Assembly (NCBI GenBank): GCA_964410105.1
Contig: CAYPFY010000005.1
Coordinates: 35,427-99,426 of the forward strand
Direction of reading: 5' to 3'
DNA: 64,000 nt
Origin: an uncultured Chlorobiaceae bacterium
GTDB taxonomy: Bacteria > Bacteroidota > Ignavibacteria > UBA10030 > SZUA-254
Shown: one piece after another, positions 9,536 to 19,465 of the stretch
How the letters are laid out: every line of letters begins with the position of its first letter
How positions within the stretch are numbered: position 1 is the stretch's first letter
The notes under the pieces: generated by a model
The model's input: only the letters and a program-made list of their open reading frames with translations
Databases searched by the model: none
Told to the model about the DNA's origin: nothing
Position numbers and translations under genes: made by a program

Positions 9536-10671
9536 GACGTATGGATCATTCTGAAGACGGCCAGTTCGGGATCCTTGGTAACTCCATCGAGATACAGGAG
9601 ATCATTCATGTCATCCGCCAGGTAGCCCCGACCGACCTCACGGTACTCATAACCGGCGAAAGCGGGTCGGGGAAAGAAGTAGTCGCGAAGGCCATTCACG
9701 GCGCCAGCACGCGTGCGGCCAAGCCGATGATCTCGGTCAACGCCGGGGCGATACCCGAGGGCATCATAGAAAGCGAGCTCTTCGGGCACGAGAAGGGGGC
9801 CTTCACGGGCGCTGGCGAAACGCGCAAGGGGTATTTCGAGCTGGCTGACGGCGGGACCATCTTCCTCGATGAGATCGGGGAATTGCCGGTCGGCACGCAG
9901 GTCAAATTCCTCCGGGTGCTCGAAAACGGGGAATACATGCGCGTCGGGTCGGCGGCCCCGAGGAAAGTCGATGTGCGGGTCATCGCGGCGACCAACAAGG
10001 ACCTGGAGAACGAGGTCCGGCACGGCAATTTTCGGGCGGATCTTTTTTTCCGGCTGCGGTCGATCAACATACGGGTCCCCCCGTTACGGGAGAGGCGCGA
10101 GGACATCCCCCTTTTCATCGAGGAGTTTTCGCGCCAGGTTTCCGAGAAGAACGGAATCACATTCGCGGGATTTACGGAAGAGGCGCTGGATCTTCTCAAG
10201 AATTACCGGTGGCCGGGAAACGTCCGTGAGCTCCGCAACGTCATCGAGAGCATGCTCGTCATCGAGCGAGGGAAGAAAATCGACAGCAGCACCATCCGGA
10301 GATACCTCAAAGACTATCAGGATAACGGCCGGAACCTCCCCGTCTTCACGCACAAGACGCCGGATCAGGCCGAGCGCGAGCTGATCCTGCGGGCGCTCCT
10401 CGAGATGAAAAACGACATCATGGAGATCAAGCATATCCTGGGGGACACGCACGGCTCCGCGGTGGGAACGAGGAGGGCGCTCGAAGCGAACATCGATTCT
10501 GAAATCCGGGAAAACGGCGGACGGCAGGTCCTTCCGATCGATGAGATGGAGAGGCGCATGATCGTCAGCGCCCTGGACCGGTTCGAGGGAAACCGTAGGC
10601 TTGCGGCGAAGGCTCTCAATATCAGCGAGCGAACGCTTTACCGCAAAATCAAGGAATACGGGCTTGACTGA
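9532..10671 (+). CDS. Sigma-54-interacting AAA+ transcriptional regulator, Fis-type HTH, no N-terminal receiver/sensor domain
   Basis: GESGSGKE (Walker A), ESELFGHEKGAFTGA, FLDEIGE (Walker B), WPGNVREL, C-terminal HTH. Alternative ATG start at 9541. Confidence 0.92.
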   Translation: MRRMDHSEDGQFGILGNSIEIQEIIHVIRQVAPTDLTVLITGESGSGKEVVAKAIHGASTRAAKPMISVNAGAIPEGIIESELFGHEKGAFTGAGETRKGYFELADGGTIFLDEIGELPVGTQVKFLRVLENGEYMRVGSAAPRKVDVRVIAATNKDLENEVRHGNFRADLFFRLRSINIRVPPLRERREDIPLFIEEFSRQVSEKNGITFAGFTEEALDLLKNYRWPGNVRELRNVIESMLVIERGKKIDSSTIRRYLKDYQDNGRNLPVFTHKTPDQAERELILRALLEMKNDIMEIKHILGDTHGSAVGTRRALEANIDSEIRENGGRQVLPIDEMERRMIVSALDRFEGNRRLAAKALNISERTLYRKIKEYGLD

Positions 10672-11158
10672 CAGGCTCCGGATGATCCTTGCGGGCACGT
10701 TAATTCTGCAGGGATGCTATTCCTTCACGGGGTCTTCGGTTCCGCCGCACCTGAAGACGATCGGCATTGCGCTTTTCGACGATCAGAGCGGGTCGGGAGA
10801 GCCGGCATTGAGGGAAAAACTGACAAACAAGCTCATCGACAGGTTCCGGCAGGACAACAGCCTGCAGGTCGCGGACAGGACGCGTGCCGACTCGATCATT
10901 GAGGGTTCGATCGTCTCTATGCCGGATCAGCCGCAGGTGGTGGCGACCGGGGAAACCGTTACGAAACGAAGGCTCACACTGACGGTCAAGGTCCGGTATC
11001 AGGACACGAAACTGAAAAAAACGGTCTTCGACAAGGAATTTTCAGCCTGGGGAGATTACGAGAGCGGCGGCGGGCCGGCGCAGAGGCAGGCGGGGATCGA
11101 TGCGGCTATCGACAAGCTTGCCGAGGACATACTCCTGGCGGCGGTGGCGGGCTGGTGA
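10664..11158 (+). CDS. lptE: LptE-like LPS-assembly lipoprotein (FCB-group type)
   Basis: Lipobox LILQG|C, YSFTG.S, KTIGIALF, position after the sigma54 regulator as in Bacteroidota. Start uncertain (TTG 10664 or ATG 10682). Confidence 0.7.
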   Translation: MTDRLRMILAGTLILQGCYSFTGSSVPPHLKTIGIALFDDQSGSGEPALREKLTNKLIDRFRQDNSLQVADRTRADSIIEGSIVSMPDQPQVVATGETVTKRRLTLTVKVRYQDTKLKKTVFDKEFSAWGDYESGGGPAQRQAGIDAAIDKLAEDILLAAVAGW

Positions 11159-11197
11159 ACAGAATTCATCACAACATAAAGGCATAAGCGGACGGCC

Positions 11198-12724
11198 ATG
11201 CAAGATTTCATCATCGGAGCCTACTTCATATCCCTGACGGTCCTGTTTGTTTTTGGATCCAGCGGGTTTGTGATGATCTACTACTACATGAGGCATCGCG
11301 GCACTAAACTGCCCCGGGCGGGAGTGTTGACGGAATTCCCCGTGGTCACCCTCCAGCTGCCGGTATACAACGAATACTACGTCGTCGAGCGGCTCATCAA
11401 TGCCTCATGCCGGATTGATTATCCGAAGGAGAAGCTGGAAATCCAGGTCCTGGACGACTCCACGGACGAGACGGTGGAAGTTGTGGATGCCCTCGTCGCG
11501 GCGAAGAGGCGGGAGGGATATAACATCAGTCACTTGCGGCGGGATTCACGGGCCGGGTACAAAGCCGGAGCCCTCAAGGAGGGATTGAAAAAATCCACCG
11601 GGGAATTCGTGGCCATCTTTGACGCCGATTTCGTCCCGAAGCCCAGTTTTCTAAGAGAGACCCTACCCTACTTTTACGACGACCCCGCGACCGGGCTGGT
11701 GCAGACCCGGTGGGAGCATCTCAACAGCAGCTATTCATTCCTCACCCGTGTCCAGGCCATGGCGCTCGACGGGCATTTCGTGATCGAGCAGAATGTCAGG
11801 AACAAGGCGGGGTTCTTCATCAATTTCAACGGCACGGGGGGGATCTGGCGTAAAAAGTGCATTTATGATGCAGGCGATTGGGAGGCGGACACCCTCACCG
11901 AGGATCTCGACCTCAGCTACAGGGCACAGCTCCGGGGATGGAAGTTCAAGTTCCTCAATGACGTCACCTCTCCCGCCGAGCTTCCCTCGGAGATCAACGC
12001 CCTGAAATCCCAGCAATTCCGCTGGACGAAGGGAGCGATAGAGACGGCCCGTAAGATACTTCCGAAAGTATGGAAATCCGACCTGCCGCTGGAGAAAAAA
12101 ATCCATGCGACATTTCATCTTTCGAATAACATCGTCTTCCCCTTCATCCTCGTGGCAGGGATCCTGAACGTCCCGCTCATCTTCATCAAGCACCAGGGCG
12201 GATACGAGTCATACTTTGCGGTCATGGCGCTCTTCGTGTTTGCGTTCATCGGCTCATTCCTCTTCTATCTTTATTCGCAGAAAGACGTCTACCGTGACTG
12301 GCAGAGGCGAATGCTCTTGTTTCCGTTATTCATGGCGGGCAGCATGGGATTTGCCGTCAACAACACGAGGGCCGTGATCGAGGGATTGTTCAGGAAAAAA
12401 TCGGAATTCGTACGCACCCCGAAATATTCCGTGGTGAAAAAGGGTGATCACTGGCTCGACAAGAAATACGCGCTCATGAAAGTGAATTACACAGTCGTCA
12501 TCGAGCTTGCGCTGGCTCTTTATTGCCTCTTCGGCGTCGGGGCGTCGATCTACTATCTCGAGCTCGCGGCAGTGCCGTTCCAGATGCTCTTCACGCTGGG
12601 ATTCGGGCTCGTCGCCTGGCTGTCCTTGAGGCACGCCTGGATGGCCCGGAGGCTGGCGGCCCGGGAAAACACCCCGGACGTCGAGCAGCCTGCGCTTTTT
12701 GCGGAAAACGTCGGCGTCAGCTAG
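11198..12724 (+). CDS. Processive GT2 glycosyltransferase (cellulose-synthase-like)
   Basis: QLPVYNE, QVLDDSTD, GYKAGAL, IFDADF, TEDLDL, QQFRW (D,D,D,QxxRW), flanking TM helices. Confidence 0.9.
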   Translation: MQDFIIGAYFISLTVLFVFGSSGFVMIYYYMRHRGTKLPRAGVLTEFPVVTLQLPVYNEYYVVERLINASCRIDYPKEKLEIQVLDDSTDETVEVVDALVAAKRREGYNISHLRRDSRAGYKAGALKEGLKKSTGEFVAIFDADFVPKPSFLRETLPYFYDDPATGLVQTRWEHLNSSYSFLTRVQAMALDGHFVIEQNVRNKAGFFINFNGTGGIWRKKCIYDAGDWEADTLTEDLDLSYRAQLRGWKFKFLNDVTSPAELPSEINALKSQQFRWTKGAIETARKILPKVWKSDLPLEKKIHATFHLSNNIVFPFILVAGILNVPLIFIKHQGGYESYFAVMALFVFAFIGSFLFYLYSQKDVYRDWQRRMLLFPLFMAGSMGFAVNNTRAVIEGLFRKKSEFVRTPKYSVVKKGDHWLDKKYALMKVNYTVVIELALALYCLFGVGASIYYLELAAVPFQMLFTLGFGLVAWLSLRHAWMARRLAARENTPDVEQPALFAENVGVS

Positions 12725-12737
12725 CGAGGTCTGTAGC

Positions 12738-13562
12738 GTGACGACCGAATACCTCGAACTCAAACTGCACAGGCGGCCGCATTCCCCCCTATTCGCTCAC
12801 CTTGCGAGCAACTACCTTGAGGCGGGGCGTGTCACGGAGGCGGTAGAGCTCTGCCGCGCCGGGCTTGTGAGATACCCCCGATACGCGACGGCTCACATCA
12901 TCCTGGCAAGGTGCCTTGCCGCCGGTTCGGACTATGCCGCGGCGCTCGCGGCCCTCGGCGAGGCAGAGAACACGCTTCCCGATTCCGCGATGCCTGCGAA
13001 GCTGCGCTCACTCTGGGAGCCGCTCCTCACGGCACGGGTGGCGAAGCGCGATGAGGCCGTAGAGCAGGAAGACATTGCTGTAGGAGATCACGCCGATTCG
13101 ATCGCTGACTCGGCGGCGATCATAGGGCTTATTCAGCCCGGCGGTCAACCCGCCGGGGATACCTTTCCCCGGGAGGCGGAACCGAGCGAAGAGAGAATTC
13201 CGGATGTGCCGGTACTGGACGGCGCGCTGGGATTCGCGAAGCCGGATCACCCGGAAAACGTGCTGTCAGCGCACCGGGGCGATGTCGTCGCAGCATCTGA
13301 GCAGCAGTCGGGTGAGATTGCCGAGATGATGGAACCCGGGATCGAGGCCTGGGCGGAGCTGGGAGAAATCAGCGACAGGGGAAGAATTGTGAGCAAGACG
13401 CTGGCAGAAATCTACGCTACACAGAGGGCATACGGGGAAGCGATCATAACGTACCTCCTCTTAAAGCGTCAGAAGCCCGAACACGCGGCGGAATTCAACG
13501 CCCGCATTCAGGAACTCGACAAAATTCGGATCGCGAAGCCGGCAACTACTTCAGGGAGGTGA
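12738..13562 (+). CDS. TPR-containing hypothetical protein
   Basis: N-terminal TPR (SPLFAHLASNYL...YATAHIILARC), acidic linker, C-terminal IVSKTLAEIYATQ helix typical of FCB-group TPR proteins. GTG start at 12738. Confidence 0.65.
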   Translation: MTTEYLELKLHRRPHSPLFAHLASNYLEAGRVTEAVELCRAGLVRYPRYATAHIILARCLAAGSDYAAALAALGEAENTLPDSAMPAKLRSLWEPLLTARVAKRDEAVEQEDIAVGDHADSIADSAAIIGLIQPGGQPAGDTFPREAEPSEERIPDVPVLDGALGFAKPDHPENVLSAHRGDVVAASEQQSGEIAEMMEPGIEAWAELGEISDRGRIVSKTLAEIYATQRAYGEAIITYLLLKRQKPEHAAEFNARIQELDKIRIAKPATTSGR

Positions 13563-13800
13563 CGTATTTGGTCAGGCTGGATTTCTTGTTCGCCGCGTTA
13601 TTGCGGTGGATGATCCCCTTTGCGGCGAGCTGATCGAGCAATTTAACCACCTTTTTCAACTCCGCGCCGGCCTTCTCCTTCTCCTTTGACGTTCGAACCC
13701 GCTTGATGGCGGTTTTCATCCGGGAGACGTATGCGCGGTTGTGGGCGCGATGCTTCAGCGCTTTACGCGCCTGGCGTTCGGCTGAAAGATGCTGTGCCAT
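13546..13800 (-). CDS. rpsT: 30S ribosomal protein S20
   Basis: SAERQAR...NR...SRMKTAIK...KGIIHRNNAANKKS. Confidence 0.96.
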   Translation of the reverse strand: MAQHLSAERQARKALKHRAHNRAYVSRMKTAIKRVRTSKEKEKAGAELKKVVKLLDQLAAKGIIHRNNAANKKSSLTKYVTSLK

Positions 13801-13838
13801 TTTACAGAAATTCCCTTCGAATTGGTGAAAGACTCTTC

Positions 13839-13867
13839 AATATACAAAAATATCCGCCCGCGAGCAA
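13839..13867 (-). promoter_or_regulatory. Putative sigma70 promoter of rpsT (TTGCTC-N17-TATATT)
   Basis: Hexamers at 13867-13862 and 13844-13839. Confidence 0.65.
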
Positions 13868-13902
13868 CGAAAAAACAACCTCCTCGCACCGCCGGCCGGT
13901 TC

Positions 13903-16047
13903 TCACCGGACAAGGAGGAGTTTTCTGGCGGCGAAAAACGATCCGGATTGCAGCGTGCAGAGATAAACACCGCTCGGATACCCTTTCGCATCCCACGAAA
14001 TCTTGTAAAAACCCGGCTCCATTTCCTTTGAGACGATCGACGCGATCTCCCGCCCGATGAGATCGTAGATCCTGATCCTCACAAACCCTCGCCTTGGAAC
14101 TGCATACTCGAATGTCGTCCCTGGATTGAAGGGATTCGGGTAATTCTGGCTGAGTGAAAATTTTTCGGGGAGGGGTCGCGTTTCCCCCGCCGAGGTGATC
14201 ATCTCAGATAAAGGCCGCCGCCATACTCCACCTCCATAAATTCCGGCAAAAATTTCCGTGCCCCTGATAGCAAGCGAGCGAACATCGATATTCACAAGCC
14301 CTGCGACCGCCAGAGCCCAGTTCTGGCCGTTGTCGTTTGAAACGTATATCCCCCAGCCGATCGTGGCGGCAAAAATATTCGACCCTGAGATCGCCAGGGA
14401 GGAGATTCTCCTGTGATCGAGTCCGCTATTGATCTCTGACCAGCTCAGCCCCCGGTCGGTGGACAGGAAGACGCCGGCTCCATCTGTGCCGGCAAAAATG
14501 CTCGAATCCCTGACAGCAAGCGTTAGGATTCCGGAGAGTTGGGGAGGTGTAGGAAGGAGAGCCCAACTCACTCCCCCGTCGGTTGAACGAAAAATGCCCG
14601 GGCCCGAGCTTCCGGCAAGGACGGCAGGAACGCTTCCCGTGTCTCCGGGGATTACGGCCAGCGCTGATATCGTGGATGCTGTAAGTCCTGAGTCGGCGCT
14701 GAACCACGTGCTTCCGTCGTCGGTCGTCCTGAAAATTCCGTTCCCCTCAGTTCCCGCAAGGGCAATCGATCCCCCTGAGCCATCGGGGAATGAGGCGAGG
14801 GTGAGCACAGACATATTTTTCAGCCCGGGACCAAGCCACGTTGATCCGTTATCGGAAGAGACGAAGACACCTCCCCCGCTCGTTCCCGCGAAAATGGTCT
14901 CCCCGCTTTTCCTATCTCGTCCGACGGCAAGGGAGTAGGTGTCGTGGGTCGTCATCCCGCTTGTCCGTGTGGTCCATGCGGATCCTCCGTCGGTTGAACG
15001 GGAAACACCATTGATCGCACCTGCAAAAATCTCCGAATCGGTGACTGCAAGCGAGTGGACGAGAGTAGCGTTGAATCCTGCATTGCTCTCGGTCCAGGTC
15101 GACCCCTCATCGGTCGATCGGAATACGCCGCAGGCTTGCGTCCCGGCAAGCAGTATCCTCGCGCCGGAGATCTCGGCGAACACAGCTAGCGAGAAGACAT
15201 TGAGGTCGGTCAGGCCAGAGTCTGCGTGTTCCCAGTGGGCGCCCGAATTCGTCGAGCGAAAAACCCCATGTGAACCACCGACACAAACAGTATACTTGCC
15301 AAGATTGTTGGGCATTCCGACAATCGTTCGCACGTCGGCGTCGACGAGACCGGAATCGATCTCAAGCCAGCTGCCTCCCCTGTCGGAAGAGAGGTATACC
15401 CCTGAGCCAGCGGTGCCCGCAATAATCACCGTATCGAGGGCGAAAAGGGCCCGAATTCCGAAAGGCGGGAGATCCCCGGTGACATCGTTCCAGCTGATTC
15501 CATTATCAGTGGATCGATAAACCCCCGCGCCCGCTGCGCCAATAAAGATCTCCGTATCGAGCACAGCGACTGAGGTGAACCCGTCTTCCGGGAGGCCGGA
15601 CCTGGTTGTGTCCCAATTCATTCCGTTGTCGGTGGAAATGAACATACCCTGGTCAGTCCCCGCAAAAACGGTCGACCCTCTTGCGGCGAGGGACAGAATC
15701 GAGGCACTCCCGATCGGTCCGACAAAATTCTGGTACCAGGTGGATCCGCCATCGCTCGAGAAGAGGATGCCGTCGGAGCTCGTTCCGTAAAAGATTGACG
15801 AATCGTTGAATGCGAACGTCTGGACCGAAGAGCCAATGAAATCGTAGGCTGATTTCCAGCTCAGACCCTTGTCCGTTGAATGATAGAATCCCAGATCGGA
15901 CGTGCCGAGGAAGAGTTCAGAATCATGGACCCCAAACGACAGGACGAATCCGCCACGGGGGCCATTGGTCGGTTGCCACTGGGCAACGGATTTTAGGGAT
16001 GGAAAGGTCGCGGCGATGACCGTTAAGAGAATAAGCCGTGTTTTCAT
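13903..16047 (-). CDS. Secreted Asp-box (BNR) repeat beta-propeller protein with T9SS-type C-terminal domain
   Basis: Signal peptide (SVA|Q), 13 SxDxGxxW-type Asp-boxes counted, C-terminal SQNYPNPFNP...GVY...RKLLLVR. Confidence 0.85.
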   Translation of the reverse strand: MKTRLILLTVIAATFPSLKSVAQWQPTNGPRGGFVLSFGVHDSELFLGTSDLGFYHSTDKGLSWKSAYDFIGSSVQTFAFNDSSIFYGTSSDGILFSSDGGSTWYQNFVGPIGSASILSLAARGSTVFAGTDQGMFISTDNGMNWDTTRSGLPEDGFTSVAVLDTEIFIGAAGAGVYRSTDNGISWNDVTGDLPPFGIRALFALDTVIIAGTAGSGVYLSSDRGGSWLEIDSGLVDADVRTIVGMPNNLGKYTVCVGGSHGVFRSTNSGAHWEHADSGLTDLNVFSLAVFAEISGARILLAGTQACGVFRSTDEGSTWTESNAGFNATLVHSLAVTDSEIFAGAINGVSRSTDGGSAWTTRTSGMTTHDTYSLAVGRDRKSGETIFAGTSGGGVFVSSDNGSTWLGPGLKNMSVLTLASFPDGSGGSIALAGTEGNGIFRTTDDGSTWFSADSGLTASTISALAVIPGDTGSVPAVLAGSSGPGIFRSTDGGVSWALLPTPPQLSGILTLAVRDSSIFAGTDGAGVFLSTDRGLSWSEINSGLDHRRISSLAISGSNIFAATIGWGIYVSNDNGQNWALAVAGLVNIDVRSLAIRGTEIFAGIYGGGVWRRPLSEMITSAGETRPLPEKFSLSQNYPNPFNPGTTFEYAVPRRGFVRIRIYDLIGREIASIVSKEMEPGFYKISWDAKGYPSGVYLCTLQSGSFFAARKLLLVR

Positions 16048-16131
16048 TTACACCTCACGATCGACACTGTGAATAGGAATGCCGTTTTTGTCATAGTGAT
16101 AACCGGGCTAGTCCGTCATCGTCAAAAAAAA

Positions 16132-16743
16132 TCACCACCCTGCGCCAAGCCACAGATCAAAGGAATCCTTCCTGACGCTGAGAAACTGCGAATTGTACGA
16201 TTCCTGGAAATCGAAATTATATCTTAACTCCACTGACATCAGGGGAAACACCATGGCGCTCGATTGGGCGCCGATGCCGACCGATGCCCCGAGAGCTGTC
16301 TTCCTGAACTGGTCATAGACGCCGTTAAAAATGTCCTGATCCGATTCGTAGCCCACCAAAAAATCCAGGCGTGGACCGGCAAAGAAGAAGGGGGACAAAA
16401 AGTCTCCGGCGACCGTCGCCTTGGCAAACACCGGGATGGAGATGTAATCGACGCGGTTCCACTGAGTCTCCTTGAGAAGATTCAGCTGGTCCTGACCCAT
16501 TCCGCGCTGGATGATCTCCAGCTCACCGATGAGGGACAGGGGAGAATGAACGGACCATTCGGCGAAAAAGGCCGCGCCGAACCCGAATCTGCGCTTGGTC
16601 TCGAGCGACGGGAGGTAATTGTACTCGAATGATTGCCCGGCGAGGGTACCCGCGAACTTTACGCCGAGGTGATCGGGGGATTGTCCACGCGTGCCCGCAC
16701 AGGGAATTGCAAGCAACAGCAAAGCGCACCCAGCCGTCTTCAT
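16132..16743 (-). CDS. Outer-membrane beta-barrel (PorT/OmpA-like porin family) protein
   Basis: Signal peptide (TRG|Q), GVKFAG, YISIPV, GPRLDFL, ELRYN, C-terminal aromatic residue (LGAGW). Confidence 0.75.
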   Translation of the reverse strand: MKTAGCALLLLAIPCAGTRGQSPDHLGVKFAGTLAGQSFEYNYLPSLETKRRFGFGAAFFAEWSVHSPLSLIGELEIIQRGMGQDQLNLLKETQWNRVDYISIPVFAKATVAGDFLSPFFFAGPRLDFLVGYESDQDIFNGVYDQFRKTALGASVGIGAQSSAMVFPLMSVELRYNFDFQESYNSQFLSVRKDSFDLWLGAGW

Positions 16744-16961
16744 ATGAGCCTCCTCATCATAACTGTATTGACTGCGATTCGCCGGGCTGAATTGTTCTGT
16801 CCGAACCCTCCGGCCTCCCGGCAGATCCTGGGCGCAACATACGGAAAAGATTTTTTTGTATCAAGCTCCGTTTCACCTCACCGGGCAGGGAGCATCTACC
16901 CCAAACGTTTTCCCGATGGCAAAAAGGCCAATCGAGCCGAGTAAGACCAAATGCGGTGAAT

Positions 16962-16990
16962 TTGCATCCTATTGCGTCGGAACATATATT
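16962..16990 (+). promoter_or_regulatory. Putative sigma70 promoter upstream of the TPP riboswitch (TTGCAT-N17-TATATT)
   Basis: Hexamers at 16962-16967 and 16985-16990, ending 11 nt before the aptamer P1. Confidence 0.65.
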
Positions 16991-17001
16991 GAAGCTGATC
17001 G

Positions 17002-17087
17002 CCGTTAGGGGTGTCCCGCCGGCAAACGCGGGACTGAGAATAATACCCTAGGAACCTGATCTGGATGATGCCAGCGTAGGGAAACGG
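17002..17087 (+). ncRNA. TPP riboswitch (THI element)
   Basis: P1 ccgtt/aacgg, GGGGTGTCCC...GGGACTGAGA, ACCC, CCTGATCTGGATGATGCCAGCGTAGGGAA; upstream of thiamine-related genes. Confidence 0.95.
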
Positions 17088-17095
17088 AATCCTGG

Positions 17096-17144
17096 AATGC
17101 CGTTTTTCTGATCCTCCCGATCAGAAAAGCGGCATTTGTTTTTT
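17096..17144 (+). terminator. Intrinsic terminator: riboswitch expression platform
   Basis: 18-bp stem aatgccgtttttctgatc / gatcagaaaagcggcatt (one G-U), 5-nt loop, then tgtttttt. Confidence 0.88.
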
Positions 17145-17155
17145 GGAGAGACATC

Positions 17156-19465
17156 ATGAAGAATCTCATCCTGTTACTCGTTGGGACTGTCACAATTCTG
17201 CACGCGCAGGACGCCTCCGGGCAGGACACTGCAATTTACTACTTCCCCCCCGTCACCGTCAGTCCGACGGCGGCGTTTGAGAGACAGACCCCTGTCACAT
17301 TCTCGAATTTGACCAGGGAGCAGATACAGGATCGCTACTCCATTCAGGATGTCCCGGTTTTGCTCTCTGAATTGCCGTCGATCACCTATTATTCGGAGAA
17401 TGGAAACGGCATCGGATACAGTCACCTGAACCTGCGGGGATTCGAGCAGCGCCGGCTCTCGATAATGGTCAACGGGGTTCCACAGAACGACCCGGAGGAT
17501 CATGACGTCTACTGGATCGATTTCCCCGATCTCATGGCGGGGGCGGAAAACATCCAGGTGCAGCGCGGGGCCGGGAGCGAATTCTACGGACCTCCTGCGA
17601 TAGGCGGTTCGATCAATATCATCACGAATCCGTTCAGTCAGAGGCCGGGGGTGCGCCTGGAGAGCTCCTTTGGTTTCCAGGAATTCGGGGATAGCAGCGA
17701 ATCGGTCATGCTCGGGACCCGGAAATTCCAGGCATCCGTCAATTCCGGGCTGATTGACCGCCGGTATCTGATATATGGAAAGCTCGGAAAAATCGTGAGC
17801 AACGGGTACAGAATAAACTCCTGGGCCGAGCTCAATTCCTACTTCCTCGGCGCCGTGCGGATTGATGAAAACATGACCACCCGCATCAATTTCTATGGGG
17901 GCCCCATTCAAGATGCCTTGGCCTACGTAGGGATCCCCAAGTCGTACAACGAGGACAAGCGGCTGCGGAGGATCAACTATAGCGACTGGGCATATGACAG
18001 CACGGGGATGAATCTTTCGTACAGCGTCCTGCAGAAGCCGCAGGCCACGGAGGAATTCTCGCAGCCTCACTACGAGCTTATTCATGACTGGAGAATATCG
18101 AGAGAAGTCGCGCTCCACAACACCCTTTTCTATCTGCAGGGAGACGGGTACTTTCTTTACGACGGCGACTGGATCCCGTATCCCGATGCGAACGGAAACC
18201 CGACCCCCTCCATACTCTGGTTTCGCAACAATGTGGGGTACGACTCCACCTTCGGCGTATCGACATTTCCTGCGTTCATCATCAGGGGCTTCGTCGGCAA
18301 CAAGCAATGGGGGTGGCTGCCGCACCTGGAGATAAACCATGGCACCGGGAATCTCATCCTCGGGGGCGAAGTCAGGATACACCGTTCCCTTCATTACGGT
18401 AAAATCGAGTATGCCTCGCAATACCCTTCCGCCTCCTTTGACCCCGACTTCAGGATCTACGAATACAACGGCGAGAAGGACATTTTTTCGCTCTATGGTC
18501 ATGAGCTGTACCGCGCAGACGAAAAGACAAACGTCATGGCGGAGATCCAGCTTGCCTGGAACCGTTACGGAATTCAAAACGAGAAATTTCTGGGGAACAA
18601 CTTTTCCTACCCCTATTTCTTCGTCAATCCCCGCATCGGGCTGAACGAGAATTTTTCCGACAACCTCAATGCTTACGCATCGGCAGCCTACACATCGAGG
18701 GAACCGACGCTCAGGAACCTCTATGCTGCGGAGGACACCTATTTTGGGGCAGCGCCGCAATTCAGGGGAGACACCACAGGCGGGGTCGTCCGCTATGACT
18801 TCACCCAGCCGCTGGCTCAGCCTGAGCATCTTCTTGACATCGAAGTGGGGGGGTCACTCAAGACTGTCAGGGCACAGCTTTCAGCAAGTTTCTTCTGGAT
18901 GGAATTCACCGATGAGCTCGTCAAGAGCGGGCAGGTGGACATCTTCGGCCAGCCTGTAACAGGCAATGCCGAGCGAACACGCCATCTTGGGGTCGAGATT
19001 GAGGGTTCGGCTGGGCTCTCGGATGCCATCACGATTGGGGGAAACGCGGCGATCTCGAGCAATCGTCTTATCCGGCACACCGAATACGTTCCTTCCACCG
19101 ATGCGACGGGGGCAGCGGTGTACGCGCCGGTTTCGCTCGACGGAAACCCGATCGCGGGCTTTCCCGACTTTCTCGGGAACCTGCGGCTCTCGTACCGGGG
19201 AGGAAGCATTGCGTCCTCGCTCACGGTCAAGTATGTGGGGAGTTTTTACACCGACAATTTCAAGAACGAGGCGAATAAGAACGACGACTATATCGTTGTC
19301 AACGGCGAAATCCTGTTGGATCTCCTAGGATTCAACTCGGAGTTCACCCTTCGGGGCGAGGTGCGGAATATATTTAACAGGCTGTACTTTGCTGGCGGGG
19401 AAGGGGAAAAATTTTTCCCGGCGGCCGAGCGGAATTATCTCTTCGGGATCGTGGCGAGATTCTGA
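17156..19465 (+). CDS. TonB-dependent receptor, probable thiamine uptake
   Basis: Signal peptide (LHA|Q), plug motifs LRGF..R...NGVP.ND and IQVQRG...GG.INI, C-terminal NIFNRLY...F; under TPP riboswitch control. Confidence 0.88.
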   Translation: MKNLILLLVGTVTILHAQDASGQDTAIYYFPPVTVSPTAAFERQTPVTFSNLTREQIQDRYSIQDVPVLLSELPSITYYSENGNGIGYSHLNLRGFEQRRLSIMVNGVPQNDPEDHDVYWIDFPDLMAGAENIQVQRGAGSEFYGPPAIGGSINIITNPFSQRPGVRLESSFGFQEFGDSSESVMLGTRKFQASVNSGLIDRRYLIYGKLGKIVSNGYRINSWAELNSYFLGAVRIDENMTTRINFYGGPIQDALAYVGIPKSYNEDKRLRRINYSDWAYDSTGMNLSYSVLQKPQATEEFSQPHYELIHDWRISREVALHNTLFYLQGDGYFLYDGDWIPYPDANGNPTPSILWFRNNVGYDSTFGVSTFPAFIIRGFVGNKQWGWLPHLEINHGTGNLILGGEVRIHRSLHYGKIEYASQYPSASFDPDFRIYEYNGEKDIFSLYGHELYRADEKTNVMAEIQLAWNRYGIQNEKFLGNNFSYPYFFVNPRIGLNENFSDNLNAYASAAYTSREPTLRNLYAAEDTYFGAAPQFRGDTTGGVVRYDFTQPLAQPEHLLDIEVGGSLKTVRAQLSASFFWMEFTDELVKSGQVDIFGQPVTGNAERTRHLGVEIEGSAGLSDAITIGGNAAISSNRLIRHTEYVPSTDATGAAVYAPVSLDGNPIAGFPDFLGNLRLSYRGGSIASSLTVKYVGSFYTDNFKNEANKNDDYIVVNGEILLDLLGFNSEFTLRGEVRNIFNRLYFAGGEGEKFFPAAERNYLFGIVARF

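Noticed and set aside
17174-18829. 551-aa antisense ORF inside the TonB receptor
   Set aside because: Shadow ORF opposite a well-supported gene, with no motifs; expected from GC-rich codon bias
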